Source: Acidobacteriota bacterium
Lineage (GTDB): Bacteria; Acidobacteriota; Polarisedimenticolia; CBDVAL01
Length of the DNA: 33,460 nt
Direction of reading: 5' to 3'
Assembly: GCA_050115015.1 (NCBI GenBank)
Contig: JASFRI010000001.1
Location: 1-33,460 of the forward strand
How positions within the stretch are numbered: position 1 is the first letter of the stretch; the number at the start of each line of letters is the position of its first letter. Below are positions 8,406 to 24,434 of the stretch, piece by piece. Under the pieces are notes generated by a model. That model was not told the DNA's origin and ran no database searches. It was given only the letters and a program-made list of their open reading frames with translations. A program made the translations under genes and the position numbers.

Positions 8406-8621
8406 TCAGTAGGGCGGGTCGAAGCCGCCGGGGAAGAACGGATTGCAGCGCAGAAGGCGACCCAGCGCCTTCCAGGTGCCTCGCCAGGGTCCGTAGTGTT
8501 CGATCGCGAGCATCGCGTACTCGGAACAAGTGGGGTGAAACCGGCATGCCGGGGGCAGCCAGGGTGACAGGAACCTCTTGTAGAGCCGGAGCGGTACCAG
8601 CAGCGCGCTGCGGCCCGTCAT
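8406..8621 (-). CDS. yidD: Membrane protein insertion efficiency factor YidD
   Basis: 71 aa, [36 protein letters not shown]... The ATG at 8621 forms an ATGA overlap with the rnpA stop. The rest of the 233-aa ORF is an artefactual upstream extension. Confidence 0.9.
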   Translation of the reverse strand: MTGRSALLVPLRLYKRFLSPWLPPACRFHPTCSEYAMLAIEHYGPWRGTWKALGRLLRCNPFFPGGFDPPY

Positions 8622-9016
8622 CGCCGCTTCGGCTCGCGGCGCCTGGAGCGGCTCCCACGACCCGCCCGCGCCTCCCGGGCGGCACGCTGGAAGCCCTCCT
8701 CCAGCTCCGCATGGCTCGCCTGGATGCCGAACCTGGAGACGTTCACCACGAGATCCAGCGGCGCCTCCCCCAGCAGTTCCCGGTGAACCCTGAAGACCTC
8801 CCGCAATCGGCGCTTGACCCGGTTCCGGTGCACGGCGTTTCCCAGCTTTCGCGGAACCGTCAGGCCCAGCCGATGGCGGTCGGTCTGGCCCATGAGGTAG
8901 AAGAGCAGGAACGTCCGCTGGTGTACCCGCCGGCCCTGATCGTAGACGCGGAGAAAGTCGCTGCGACGCAGCAGACGGTCGGCCGGCCTGAAGCGATAGC
9001 CGCCGGTGGCGGCCAA
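8618..9016 (-). CDS. rnpA: Ribonuclease P protein component RnpA
   Basis: Conserved [17 protein letters not shown]...[24 protein letters not shown] and position after rpmH. The start is uncertain: TTG at 9016 or CTG at 9022. The ORF-track start at 9178 would run through rpmH. Confidence 0.8.
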   Translation of the reverse strand: MAATGGYRFRPADRLLRRSDFLRVYDQGRRVHQRTFLLFYLMGQTDRHRLGLTVPRKLGNAVHRNRVKRRLREVFRVHRELLGEAPLDLVVNVSRFGIQASHAELEEGFQRAAREARAGRGSRSRRREPKRR

Positions 9017-9018
9017 GA

Positions 9019-9153
9019 TCAGACCCCCAGTCGCTTCCGTCCCTTGGCGCGGCGCCGGGCGAGCACACGGCGTCCTCCCCGCGTGCGCATGCGCACCAGG
9101 AACCCATGTGTCTTCCTTCGCTTCCTGTTGTTCGGCTGAAACGTGCGCTTCAT
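9019..9153 (-). CDS. rpmH: 50S ribosomal protein L34
   Basis: My own translation: [44 protein letters not shown], followed by a stop. It is not listed in the ORF track because it is short. Confidence 0.95.
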   Translation of the reverse strand: MKRTFQPNNRKRRKTHGFLVRMRTRGGRRVLARRRAKGRKRLGV

Positions 9154-9257
9154 GGTGCTTCCTCGTTTCCGGCGTCATGGCGACGCGGGACGCGCTCCGG
9201 CACCGTGGTCATCGCCGGAAACTCCCATCGTAACTTTGGTTTATATCAAAGGCCGGA

Positions 9258-9286
9258 ATCTTATTCCTGACCCGATCCCATGTCAA
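9258..9286 (-). promoter_or_regulatory. Sigma70-type promoter for the rpmH operon
   Basis: On the minus strand: TTGACA (9286-9281), a 17-nt spacer, then TAAGAT (9263-9258). It lies about 105 nt upstream of the rpmH ATG. Confidence 0.55.
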
Positions 9287-9710
9287 GGTGGAACCCGCGG
9301 CGGCCGGCACCTGCCGCCGCGTTCTCGAAGTTCTTTCCTCTCAATCGATCCGGTTCGTCCCGGATTTTCCGTTTGATCCTCCCGGGACCCTATGCTAGTA
9401 TCGCCGCCTCAAACAATTCACTCTGGACCTTACGACTCCGGGCGGGTTCCCTCTCCCACAGCATGTCCCAGGGAGAGGATCCTATCCAACGTTCACGGGA
9501 AGACTCGGCGACGGCTTCTTCGCGCGGCAGACGGGTGCGCGAAGCCAGGGGATCTTTGTACCTTGACGTCCATCGTTCCCACCCATTCCGGCCCGTCACG
9601 GGCCTGTCACAAATCATGCCAGAAAATCTCCTGGGTTGACATAATTCCACGAGGAAATGGAGAGGAGCATGTCTAAAACATAGAAAATAATGGAGATCGT
9701 CGATTCCTCG

Positions 9711-9741
9711 TTTTCCACAAATGTTGATAACTTGTGGAAAA
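9711..9741. promoter_or_regulatory. Cluster of three DnaA-box-like 9-mers upstream of dnaA
   Basis: TTTTCCACA (9711-9719), TGTTGATAA (9722-9730) and TGTGGAAAA (9733-9741). Each matches TTATCCACA or its complement at 8 of 9 positions. They sit in the most AT-rich part of the rpmH-dnaA spacer. Confidence 0.7.
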
Positions 9742-9852
9742 TCGATTCCCGTTTTCTTGAACCGATAGCCGCCTCATCGCGACCCGGGACGGTGTCACAG
9801 GGGAGGCGCCGGGCATCGCGCCCCGGACCTTCCCACGGGGAAGACACTCCAA

Positions 9853-11169
9853 ATGGCGCAATTGTGGGATAGGGTCCTGCAGAACCTCGAAGGTCGACTG
9901 AACCGGCAGACCTTCGAGACGTGGCTGAAGCCGACCCACCAGCTGAGTCAACAGGGGGACCAGCTGGACGTCTGGGTGCCGAGCAGCCGGTTCGCCGACT
10001 GGATCGACACGAACTTCCGGGCGCAGATCCAGGATGCGCTCCGGGAGATCGGCAGGGAAGCGCAGGTGCGCTACGTGCCGGGGGAGGACGCGCCGGACCC
10101 GGCGCCGCCGCGGCGCGCCGCCGTCGACGAGGCCTGGCCCGCCAGCCCTGGCCTCAACGCCCGCTACACCTTCGACAGCTTCGTGGTCAGTTCCTGCAAC
10201 CAGTTCGCCCACGCGGCCTCCAAGGCGGTGGCGGAGCTACCATCGAAGAGCTACAACCCCCTCTACATCTACGGCGGTGTCGGCCTGGGAAAGACCCACC
10301 TGATGCACGCCATCGGCAACGCGGCCCAGAGCAGCAGCGGCCGCCCCCTGCGGATGGCCTACGTCTCCACCGAGAGGTTCATGAACGAGCTGATCAACGC
10401 GATCCGCTTCGAGAAGACGCTGGAGTTCAAGGACCGCTACCGCAACGTGGACCTGCTCCTGGTGGACGACATCCAGTTCCTGGCCGGCAAGGAGCGAACC
10501 CAGGAGGAGTTCTTCCACACCTTCAACGCGCTGCACGACTCCCAGGCACAGATCGTCCTCACCAGCGACTGTCCTCCGAGGGATATCCCGACGCTGGAGG
10601 AGCGGCTGCGCTCCCGGTTCGAGTGGGGCCTGATCGCCGACATCCAGCCTCCGGACCTCGAGACGAAGATCGCCATCCTCCGCAAGAAGGCGGAGGCGGA
10701 AGGCATTGATCTGCCTCAGGATGTGGCCCTGTTCATCGCGAGCAAGATCCGCTCGAACATCCGTGAGCTCGAGGGATCGCTGATCCGGATCCAGGCCTTC
10801 TCGTCCATCTCCGGCCGGCAGATCGACCTGGAGCTCGCCAGCGAGACCCTCAAGGACATCCTGCAGGACGAGGACAACACGCCGACGATGGAGGCGATCC
10901 AGCGCCACATCGCCAACCATTACCGGCTCAAGCCCGCGGTCCTGAAGGAGCGCAACAACTCCGCGTCCGTGGCCTTCCCCCGCCAGGTGGCCATGTACCT
11001 GTGCAAGCGCATGACATCGCACTCTCTCCCGGAGATCGGACGTCACTTCGGCGGCAAGCACCACTCCACGGTCATCCACTCGATCCGGAAGATCGAGGAG
11101 AAGCGGAAGTCGGAGGCCGATTTCGACAAGCTCGTCCACAGCTTCGAGGAGGCATTCCGGACGAGTTAG
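9853..11169 (+). CDS. dnaA: Chromosomal replication initiator protein DnaA
   Basis: 438 aa with Walker A GGVGLGKTHL, the LLVDDIQFL box and the C-terminal DNA-binding helix HFGGKHHSTVIHS. Confidence 0.97.
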   Translation: MAQLWDRVLQNLEGRLNRQTFETWLKPTHQLSQQGDQLDVWVPSSRFADWIDTNFRAQIQDALREIGREAQVRYVPGEDAPDPAPPRRAAVDEAWPASPGLNARYTFDSFVVSSCNQFAHAASKAVAELPSKSYNPLYIYGGVGLGKTHLMHAIGNAAQSSSGRPLRMAYVSTERFMNELINAIRFEKTLEFKDRYRNVDLLLVDDIQFLAGKERTQEEFFHTFNALHDSQAQIVLTSDCPPRDIPTLEERLRSRFEWGLIADIQPPDLETKIAILRKKAEAEGIDLPQDVALFIASKIRSNIRELEGSLIRIQAFSSISGRQIDLELASETLKDILQDEDNTPTMEAIQRHIANHYRLKPAVLKERNNSASVAFPRQVAMYLCKRMTSHSLPEIGRHFGGKHHSTVIHSIRKIEEKRKSEADFDKLVHSFEEAFRTS

Positions 11170-11173
11170 CTGC

Positions 11174-11396
11174 TTTTCCACGGCCGGCCACCGGGAAGGT
11201 CCTGTGGAGACCCGCCCGGTCGGTCGGGCCGGGTTTATCCGCAGGTCCCGGGCAGGCTCCGGCGGCCGGAACCCGCGACGGCTTCCACAGCGCGAAGCCT
11301 CACCGGACGGCGTTTTCGGGGGAGATCGGGTGCTTTCCACAGGCCCTTCTACTAGTGCAAGAAAATAGAGATTAGAGATATAATGATGTAGTTTTG
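11174..11396. other. Candidate oriC core: DnaA-box cluster plus an AT-rich unwinding region in the dnaA-dnaN spacer
   Basis: Boxes: TTTTCCACG 11174-82 (7/9), TGTGGAGAC 11203-11 (7/9, reverse), TTATCCGCA 11235-43 (8/9), GCTTCCACA 11281-89 (6/9) and CTTTCCACA 11333-41 (7/9). A GC clamp follows, then an AT-rich stretch at 11348-11396 that contains a tandem TAGAGAT repeat and TATAAT (11379-84). Confidence 0.65.
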
Positions 11397-11424
11397 CGGA
11401 CCCTCTCCGGGAGCACCTGAAACC

Positions 11425-12537
11425 ATGGAATTCACCGTCCAGAAAGCCGATCTACTGCGTGAGATGAGCCGCACCCAGGGTGTGGTGGAGCGTAAGAACA
11501 CCATCCCGATCCTGGCCAACGTGCTGCTCCGCGCGGATCAGGGAATGATCGAGTTCCGGGCCACCGACCTCGAGGTCGGGCTGCGCACGAGCTGTCCGGC
11601 GGAGGTCAAGGCCTCCGGTTCGATCACGCTCTCGGCGAAGAAGCTGTTCGAGATCGCCCGCGCCCTTCCAAATGCGCCCATCCACTTCAAGGCCCAGCCG
11701 AACCAGTGGGTCTCCATCACCTGCGAGAAGTCGAAGTTCCGCATGGTCGGGCTGCCGCCGGAGGACTTCCCGTCGCTGCCGGAGGAGAGCTTCGACAAGG
11801 GGATCCAGTTTCCCGGGGAGGCGTTCCGGAACATGGTGGAGCGTGTGATCTTCGCCACCACCTCGGACGATGCGCGGTACTCGCTGAACGGTGCGCTGCT
11901 GCTGCTGCGGAAGAGCTTCGTGGCGCTGGTCGCCTCGGACGCCCACCGGCTCGCCTACATCTCGAGGGAGCTGCCGGTCAGCCCGAAGGAGAAGGAGGTC
12001 CGGGTCGTCGTCCCGCGCAAGGCGCTGCACGAGGTGGCCCGCCTTTGCGGCGAGATGGACGATCAGGAAGTGGCCTTCGGCCACAAGGAGACGCACCTGT
12101 TCTTCCGTGTGGGGAGTTGCACCCTGGACTGTCGTGTCCTGGAGGGCAATTTCCCGAACTTCGACAAGGTGATCCCGAAGGACAACGACAAGGAGGTCCT
12201 GCTGACCGTGGAGGAGTTCGGCGCCGCGATGAAGCGGGTCTCGCTGCTGTCCGACGAGCGGACCCGTCCGGTCAAGCTGAGCCTCTCGGATGACAAGCTG
12301 GAGATCTCGTCGACGAATCCCGAGACCGGCGAGGCCAGTGAGAGCCTGGCGGTGGACTACGGGAAGGACGAGCTCTCCATCGGTTTCAATGCGCGCTACC
12401 TCATGGAGTTCGTGAACGTCGTCGGTGGTGAGGGCATCCATCTGTCGTTCAAGGACGAGATGAGCCAGGTGTTGATGCGTCCCAAGGACGCGGAGGGGCA
12501 GGACTACCGCTACGTGGTCATGCCCATGAGGATCTGA
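11425..12537 (+). CDS. dnaN: DNA polymerase III beta sliding clamp DnaN
   Basis: 370 aa, MEFTVQKADLL...PILANVLL..., ending in the typical MPMRI. Sits after dnaA. Confidence 0.97.
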   Translation: MEFTVQKADLLREMSRTQGVVERKNTIPILANVLLRADQGMIEFRATDLEVGLRTSCPAEVKASGSITLSAKKLFEIARALPNAPIHFKAQPNQWVSITCEKSKFRMVGLPPEDFPSLPEESFDKGIQFPGEAFRNMVERVIFATTSDDARYSLNGALLLLRKSFVALVASDAHRLAYISRELPVSPKEKEVRVVVPRKALHEVARLCGEMDDQEVAFGHKETHLFFRVGSCTLDCRVLEGNFPNFDKVIPKDNDKEVLLTVEEFGAAMKRVSLLSDERTRPVKLSLSDDKLEISSTNPETGEASESLAVDYGKDELSIGFNARYLMEFVNVVGGEGIHLSFKDEMSQVLMRPKDAEGQDYRYVVMPMRI

Positions 12538-12544
12538 AGGAAGG

Positions 12545-18619
<6,075 letters not shown>

Positions 18620-18628
18620 GAGGAGCAC

Positions 18629-19285
18629 ATGAAGTTCTTCATCGATACGGCCAGCGTGGAGGAGATCCGCGAGGCGAGCGACATGGGGGTCCTGGACGGG
18701 GTGACGACGAACCCGTCGCTGGTCGCGAAGGAGGGCCGGGCGTTCGAGGAGGTCCTCAAGGAGATCGTCGAGATCGTCGATGGTCCGATCAGCGCGGAGG
18801 TCGTCGGCACCGACTTCGAGACGATCATGAAGGAGGCCCGTCACCTGGCGGGGTTCCACGAGAACATCGTGGTCAAGATCCCGATCATCACCGAGGGGCT
18901 GAAGGCGATCCGTGCCTGTGCCGAAGAGGGGATCCGGGTCAACGTCACGCTCTGCTTCTCGGCGAACCAGGCCCTCCTCGCCGCCAAGGCAGGGGCGACC
19001 TACATCAGCCCGTTCCTGGGACGGCTCGACGACGTCGGGGCCACGGGCATGGACCTGATCCGCGAGATCCGCGCCATCTACGACAACTTCGCCTTCGATA
19101 CCGAGATCCTGGCGGCCAGCATCCGATCACCCCTGCACGTGACGGAGGCCGCCCTGGCGGGCGCCGACGTGGCGACGATGCCGTTCAAGGTCATCCACCA
19201 GCTCATCCGGCACCCGCTCACGGACATCGGCCTGGAGAAGTTTCTCGCCGACTGGGAGAAGGTCAAGAAGCTCCAGACCGCCTGA
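18629..19285 (+). CDS. tal: Short-type transaldolase (TalC/MipB/Fsa family)
   Basis: 218 aa with [21 protein letters not shown] and [10 protein letters not shown]. The Phe in the SPF motif favours transaldolase over F6P aldolase. Confidence 0.85.
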   Translation: MKFFIDTASVEEIREASDMGVLDGVTTNPSLVAKEGRAFEEVLKEIVEIVDGPISAEVVGTDFETIMKEARHLAGFHENIVVKIPIITEGLKAIRACAEEGIRVNVTLCFSANQALLAAKAGATYISPFLGRLDDVGATGMDLIREIRAIYDNFAFDTEILAASIRSPLHVTEAALAGADVATMPFKVIHQLIRHPLTDIGLEKFLADWEKVKKLQTA

Positions 19286-19500
19286 CTCGACGCGACCGGC
19301 CGGCGGCGGCGTCCCTCACCCCGTCACCCCGGCGCTGGAACGCCACGGGGTCGGACCGGAAGCGTGCAGCCCGTGTGCATTTCCCGGGCATCCGAGGGCT
19401 GCACACTTCAGGTCTGACCCCGTCGTAAGCGTAGGCGGTAGAATCGGTTGGGCTCGCGAGGTGGAGGGCGGCGGCCCGGCAGAAAACGGGAGCGGGGAGC

Positions 19501-21042
<1,542 letters not shown>

Positions 21043-21058
21043 GGGGTCGGAGGGGCCG

Positions 21059-22570
21059 GTGACCACGCCGTTCCAGAAGATCCTGATCGCCAACCGCGGT
21101 GAGATCGCCGTTCGCGTGATCCGGGGCTGCCGCGAGCTCGGCATCCGCACGGTCGCGGTCTACTCCGAGGCGGATCGCGAGGCGCTTCACGTCCGTCTGG
21201 CCGACGAGGCCTACCTCCTCGGTCCCGCCCCCTCGTCCGAGTCGTACCTCGTGATCGACCGCGTGCTGGACGCGGCCCGCCGCAGCGGCTCCGGGGCGAT
21301 CCACCCCGGCTACGGGTTCCTGGCCGAGAACCCCGGGTTCGCCCGCGCCTGCGCCGACGCCGGGATCGTGTTCATCGGGCCCTCCGCCGACGCCATCGAG
21401 GCGATGGGGAACAAGGTCGAGGCGCGCAAGCGCATGGCGGCGGCGGGGGCCGCCGTCACCCCAGGCTCCGACGGCCGCGTGGAGAGCGCCGCCGAGGTGG
21501 TCCGGTGGGGGGAGAAGCTCGGCTGGCCCGTCCTACTCAAGGCCGAGGCGGGGGGCGGCGGCAAGGGGATGCGCGTGCTGGAGGGTCCGGACGAGGTGGA
21601 GTCCGGGTTCCGCACCGCCCGCTCCGAGGCGAAGAGCTCCTTCGGGGACCCTGCGGTCTACGTGGAGAAGTTCCTGCGGGACCCGCGCCACATCGAGTTC
21701 CAGATCCTGTGCGACGCTCACGGGAACGCGGTCCACCTGGGAGAGCGGGAGTGCTCCATCCAGCGCCGGCATCAGAAGCTGATCGAGGAGAGCCCGTCCC
21801 CCGTCGTCGACCCCGAGACCCGGGAGCGGATGGGCGCCGTGGCGGTGAAGGTCGCCGCCGCCGCCGGATACGTCGGGGCCGGCACCGTGGAGTTCCTGCG
21901 GGACGCCGACGGCAGCTTCTACTTCATGGAGATGAACACGCGGCTGCAGGTGGAGCATCCGGTCACCGAGATGGTCACCGGGCTCGACCTGGTCAAGCTG
22001 CAGATCCGGATCGCCGGTGGGGAGCGCCTTCCCTTCGCCCAGGATGCGGTGACGCTCCGTGGCCACTCCATCGAGTGCCGCATCCAGGCGGAGGATCCCG
22101 AGCGGGACTTCGTCCCGACCCCGGGACGGATCTCCGCCCTCCGGCTTCCCTCCGGTCCGGGCATCCGGAACGATGCCGCCATCTTTCCCGGGTACGACAT
22201 GCCGATCCACTACGACCCGATGATCGCGAAGCTCATCACCTGGGGGCAGGATCGCGAGGAGGCGATCCAGCGGATGTCGCGCGCGCTGCGAGAGTACGTG
22301 GTGAACGGCATCCCCACGACGATCCCGTTCCACCGCCGGGTGATGCACGATCCCAGGTTCCGGGAGGGCGACATCCACACCGGTTACCTGAAGACCCCGC
22401 CGCCCCGGGAGGAGGGCACGCCGGAGACCGAGGCCCGCTTCCGGGAGCTGGCGCTGGTGGCTGCGGCCATCGCCGACTACCGACGCCGGGCCGGTACGGC
22501 GCTCCGGCGCCCGGCGGAGAGCGCCGGATCGGCCTGGAAGCGGGCGGCGCGGACGGAGGGCATCCGGTGA
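21059..22570 (+). CDS. accC: Biotin carboxylase subunit (acetyl/propionyl-CoA carboxylase alpha-type, BC domain only)
   Basis: GTG start, then KILIANRGEIAVRVIR, the ATP-grasp GGGGKGMRV, and EMNTRLQVEHPVTE. Confidence 0.92.
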   Translation: MTTPFQKILIANRGEIAVRVIRGCRELGIRTVAVYSEADREALHVRLADEAYLLGPAPSSESYLVIDRVLDAARRSGSGAIHPGYGFLAENPGFARACADAGIVFIGPSADAIEAMGNKVEARKRMAAAGAAVTPGSDGRVESAAEVVRWGEKLGWPVLLKAEAGGGGKGMRVLEGPDEVESGFRTARSEAKSSFGDPAVYVEKFLRDPRHIEFQILCDAHGNAVHLGERECSIQRRHQKLIEESPSPVVDPETRERMGAVAVKVAAAAGYVGAGTVEFLRDADGSFYFMEMNTRLQVEHPVTEMVTGLDLVKLQIRIAGGERLPFAQDAVTLRGHSIECRIQAEDPERDFVPTPGRISALRLPSGPGIRNDAAIFPGYDMPIHYDPMIAKLITWGQDREEAIQRMSRALREYVVNGIPTTIPFHRRVMHDPRFREGDIHTGYLKTPPPREEGTPETEARFRELALVAAAIADYRRRAGTALRRPAESAGSAWKRAARTEGIR

Positions 22571-23055
22571 ACCTGCGCGCGATCCTCGACGACGAGGTGC
22601 ATGAGCTCGATGTCCTCCGGAGCGACGACGGCGACTACCGGGTCGTCCTCGGGGACGTCTCCCACGAGGTGCGCGTGATCGAGCCCCACCCGGGGGTGTT
22701 CTCCCTGCTGGTCGGGCATCATTCCTACGAGGTGGTGGTCCGGGACGCCGGGGACTGCCTCGACGTGACCGTCGCCGGCCGCAGCTATGCCATCCGCGTC
22801 GAGGACCCCGCGGTGGTCTCCAGGCGTGCCGACGGCGGTGGGAGCGCCGTGGTCCGCTCCGTGATGGCCGGCAGGGTCCTCGAGGTGCTGGTCGCCGAGG
22901 GGGAGGTCGTGGAAGCGGGCAAGCCACTCCTGGTCATCGAGGCCATGAAGATGGAGAACGAGATCCGCTCGCCGCGGGACGGCGTGGTGCGGTCGATCGC
23001 CGTCCGACCCGGACAGTCGGTGGAGACCGGCGGCGAGCTGGTGGTCGTGGAATGA
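22567..23055 (+). CDS. Biotin carboxyl carrier protein (biotin/lipoyl attachment domain)
   Basis: The GTG at 22567 forms a GTGA overlap with the accC stop. 162 aa, with the biotinylation motif EAMKMEN near the C-terminus. Confidence 0.85.
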   Translation: MNLRAILDDEVHELDVLRSDDGDYRVVLGDVSHEVRVIEPHPGVFSLLVGHHSYEVVVRDAGDCLDVTVAGRSYAIRVEDPAVVSRRADGGGSAVVRSVMAGRVLEVLVAEGEVVEAGKPLLVIEAMKMENEIRSPRDGVVRSIAVRPGQSVETGGELVVVE

Positions 23056-23129
23056 GACCGTCCGGCGATCGGTGGACGCCGACGCCGGCCGTGCGGGGCC
23101 AGATTCGCGCCCGCACCCTGGAGACCTTG

Positions 23130-24428
23130 ATGAAGCGCATCCTGGTGCCGGCACTGCTCGCCCTCGCGACGGGCACCCCCATCCCGGCGGCGGTGACATC
23201 GCAGGAGCTCGACTCCCGGATCGCCGCGCTCGAACCCCAGATCGTCGAGTGGCGCCGCTGGTTCCACGAGCATCCGGAGCTCTCGAACCGGGAGTTCGAG
23301 ACCTCGGCGCGGATCGCCGCGATCCTCCGGGAGATGGGCCTGGAGCCCCGGACCGGGATCGCCCACACGGGGGTGGTCGCCATCGTGGAGGGGGGAAAGC
23401 CGGGGCCACGGGTCGCCCTGCGCGCCGACATCGACGCGCTGCCGGTGACCGAGGAGACCGGCCTTCCCTTCGCCTCCACCGCCACGGCGGAGTTCAACGG
23501 GCAGCCCGTCGGCGTCATGCACGCCTGCGGCCACGACGTCCACATGGCCATGCTCCTGGGCGCCGCGAAGGTGCTCGCGGGGGTTCGCGAGGAGCTGCCG
23601 GGCTCCGTCATGCTGATCTTCCAGCCGGCGGAGGAGGGGGCGCCGGGGGACGAGCGGGGCGGCGCGCAGCTCATGCTGGAGGAGGGACTGTTCGACGACT
23701 GGCACCCCGATGCGGTGTTCGGCATCCACGTCGGTCTGGGACAGCCCGGCGGCAGGCTGGCGGTGCGCTCCGGCCCGGCGATGGCCTCCGAGGACTCGTT
23801 CCGGATCTGGGTCCATGGCCGTCAGACCCACGGGGCGCGGCCCTGGAACGGGGTGGACCCGGTGGTGATCGGCTCGCAGATCGTCCTCGGGCTGCAGACG
23901 ATCGCCAGCCGGCAGGTCAACGTGACCCAGGCGCCGTCGATCATCACGATCGGGAAGTTCGCCGCCGGCGTGCGCAACAACATCATCCCCGACCGGGCGG
24001 AGCTCTGGGGGACCGTGCGGAGCTTCGACCCCGAGATGCGCCGGGACATCCTGGAGCGGGTCGAGCGCACCGCCCGGGATATCGCCGGGAGCGCCGGCGC
24101 GACGGTGACCTTCGAGCTCGACCCCGGCTATCCCGTCACCGTGAACGACCCGGAGCTCACCGCGAGGATGATGCCGACGCTGGAGCGCATCTCCGGCGAT
24201 CGGCCCCCGGTGGAGGCGTCCCTGCAGACCGGCGCGGAGGACTTCAGCTACTTCGCCAACGCCTCCCGGGGGCTCTACCTCTTCCTCGGGGCGGTCGCGC
24301 CGGACGAGGACCCGATCACCGCGCCCAGCAACCACTCGCCGCTGTTCGACTTCTACGAGCCGAACATGGAGCTGGGCGTCCGCGCCCTGGTCCACCTGAC
24401 GGTGGATTACCTGGAAGAGGACGACTGA
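23130..24428 (+). CDS. Secreted M20/M20D-family amidohydrolase (aminoacylase/hippuricase-like)
   Basis: Signal peptide MKRILVPALLALATG, then WRRWFHEHPELSNRE, MHACGHDVH and FQPAEEG. I trimmed the start from the ORF-track 23052 to the ATG at 23130. Confidence 0.85.
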   Translation: MKRILVPALLALATGTPIPAAVTSQELDSRIAALEPQIVEWRRWFHEHPELSNREFETSARIAAILREMGLEPRTGIAHTGVVAIVEGGKPGPRVALRADIDALPVTEETGLPFASTATAEFNGQPVGVMHACGHDVHMAMLLGAAKVLAGVREELPGSVMLIFQPAEEGAPGDERGGAQLMLEEGLFDDWHPDAVFGIHVGLGQPGGRLAVRSGPAMASEDSFRIWVHGRQTHGARPWNGVDPVVIGSQIVLGLQTIASRQVNVTQAPSIITIGKFAAGVRNNIIPDRAELWGTVRSFDPEMRRDILERVERTARDIAGSAGATVTFELDPGYPVTVNDPELTARMMPTLERISGDRPPVEASLQTGAEDFSYFANASRGLYLFLGAVAPDEDPITAPSNHSPLFDFYEPNMELGVRALVHLTVDYLEEDD

Positions 24429-24434
24429 GAGCCC

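Noticed and set aside
8622-9178. Upstream extensions of the yidD (to 9107) and rnpA (to 9178) ORFs in the ORF track
   Set aside because: The extensions overlap rnpA and rpmH respectively and are Arg/Gly/Ala-rich. The conserved parts begin at 8621 (ATGA coupling) and at about 9016.
9346-9366. GGTTCG-containing hairpin that briefly resembled a tRNA T-arm
   Set aside because: The loop is 6 nt rather than the 7-nt TTCRANY loop. No acceptor, D or anticodon arms can be drawn around it.
9280-9676. ORFs of 86 to 119 aa inside the rpmH-dnaA spacer
   Set aside because: No Shine-Dalgarno sequence, no recognisable domains, mutually overlapping on both strands, and located in a region better explained as promoter/origin DNA.
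19286-19500. Hairpins (for example GTGCAGCCC...GGGCTGCAC) and a TAGAAT hexamer between tal and the carboxyltransferase gene, considered as a terminator, promoter or riboswitch
   Set aside because: There is no U-tract after the stems, the -35 match is poor, and I recognise no riboswitch consensus. Too weak to call.
23052-23129. N-terminal extension of the M20 amidohydrolase ORF
   Set aside because: An internal ATG at 23130 gives a canonical signal peptide. The extension overlaps the BCCP stop and has no signal-like features.
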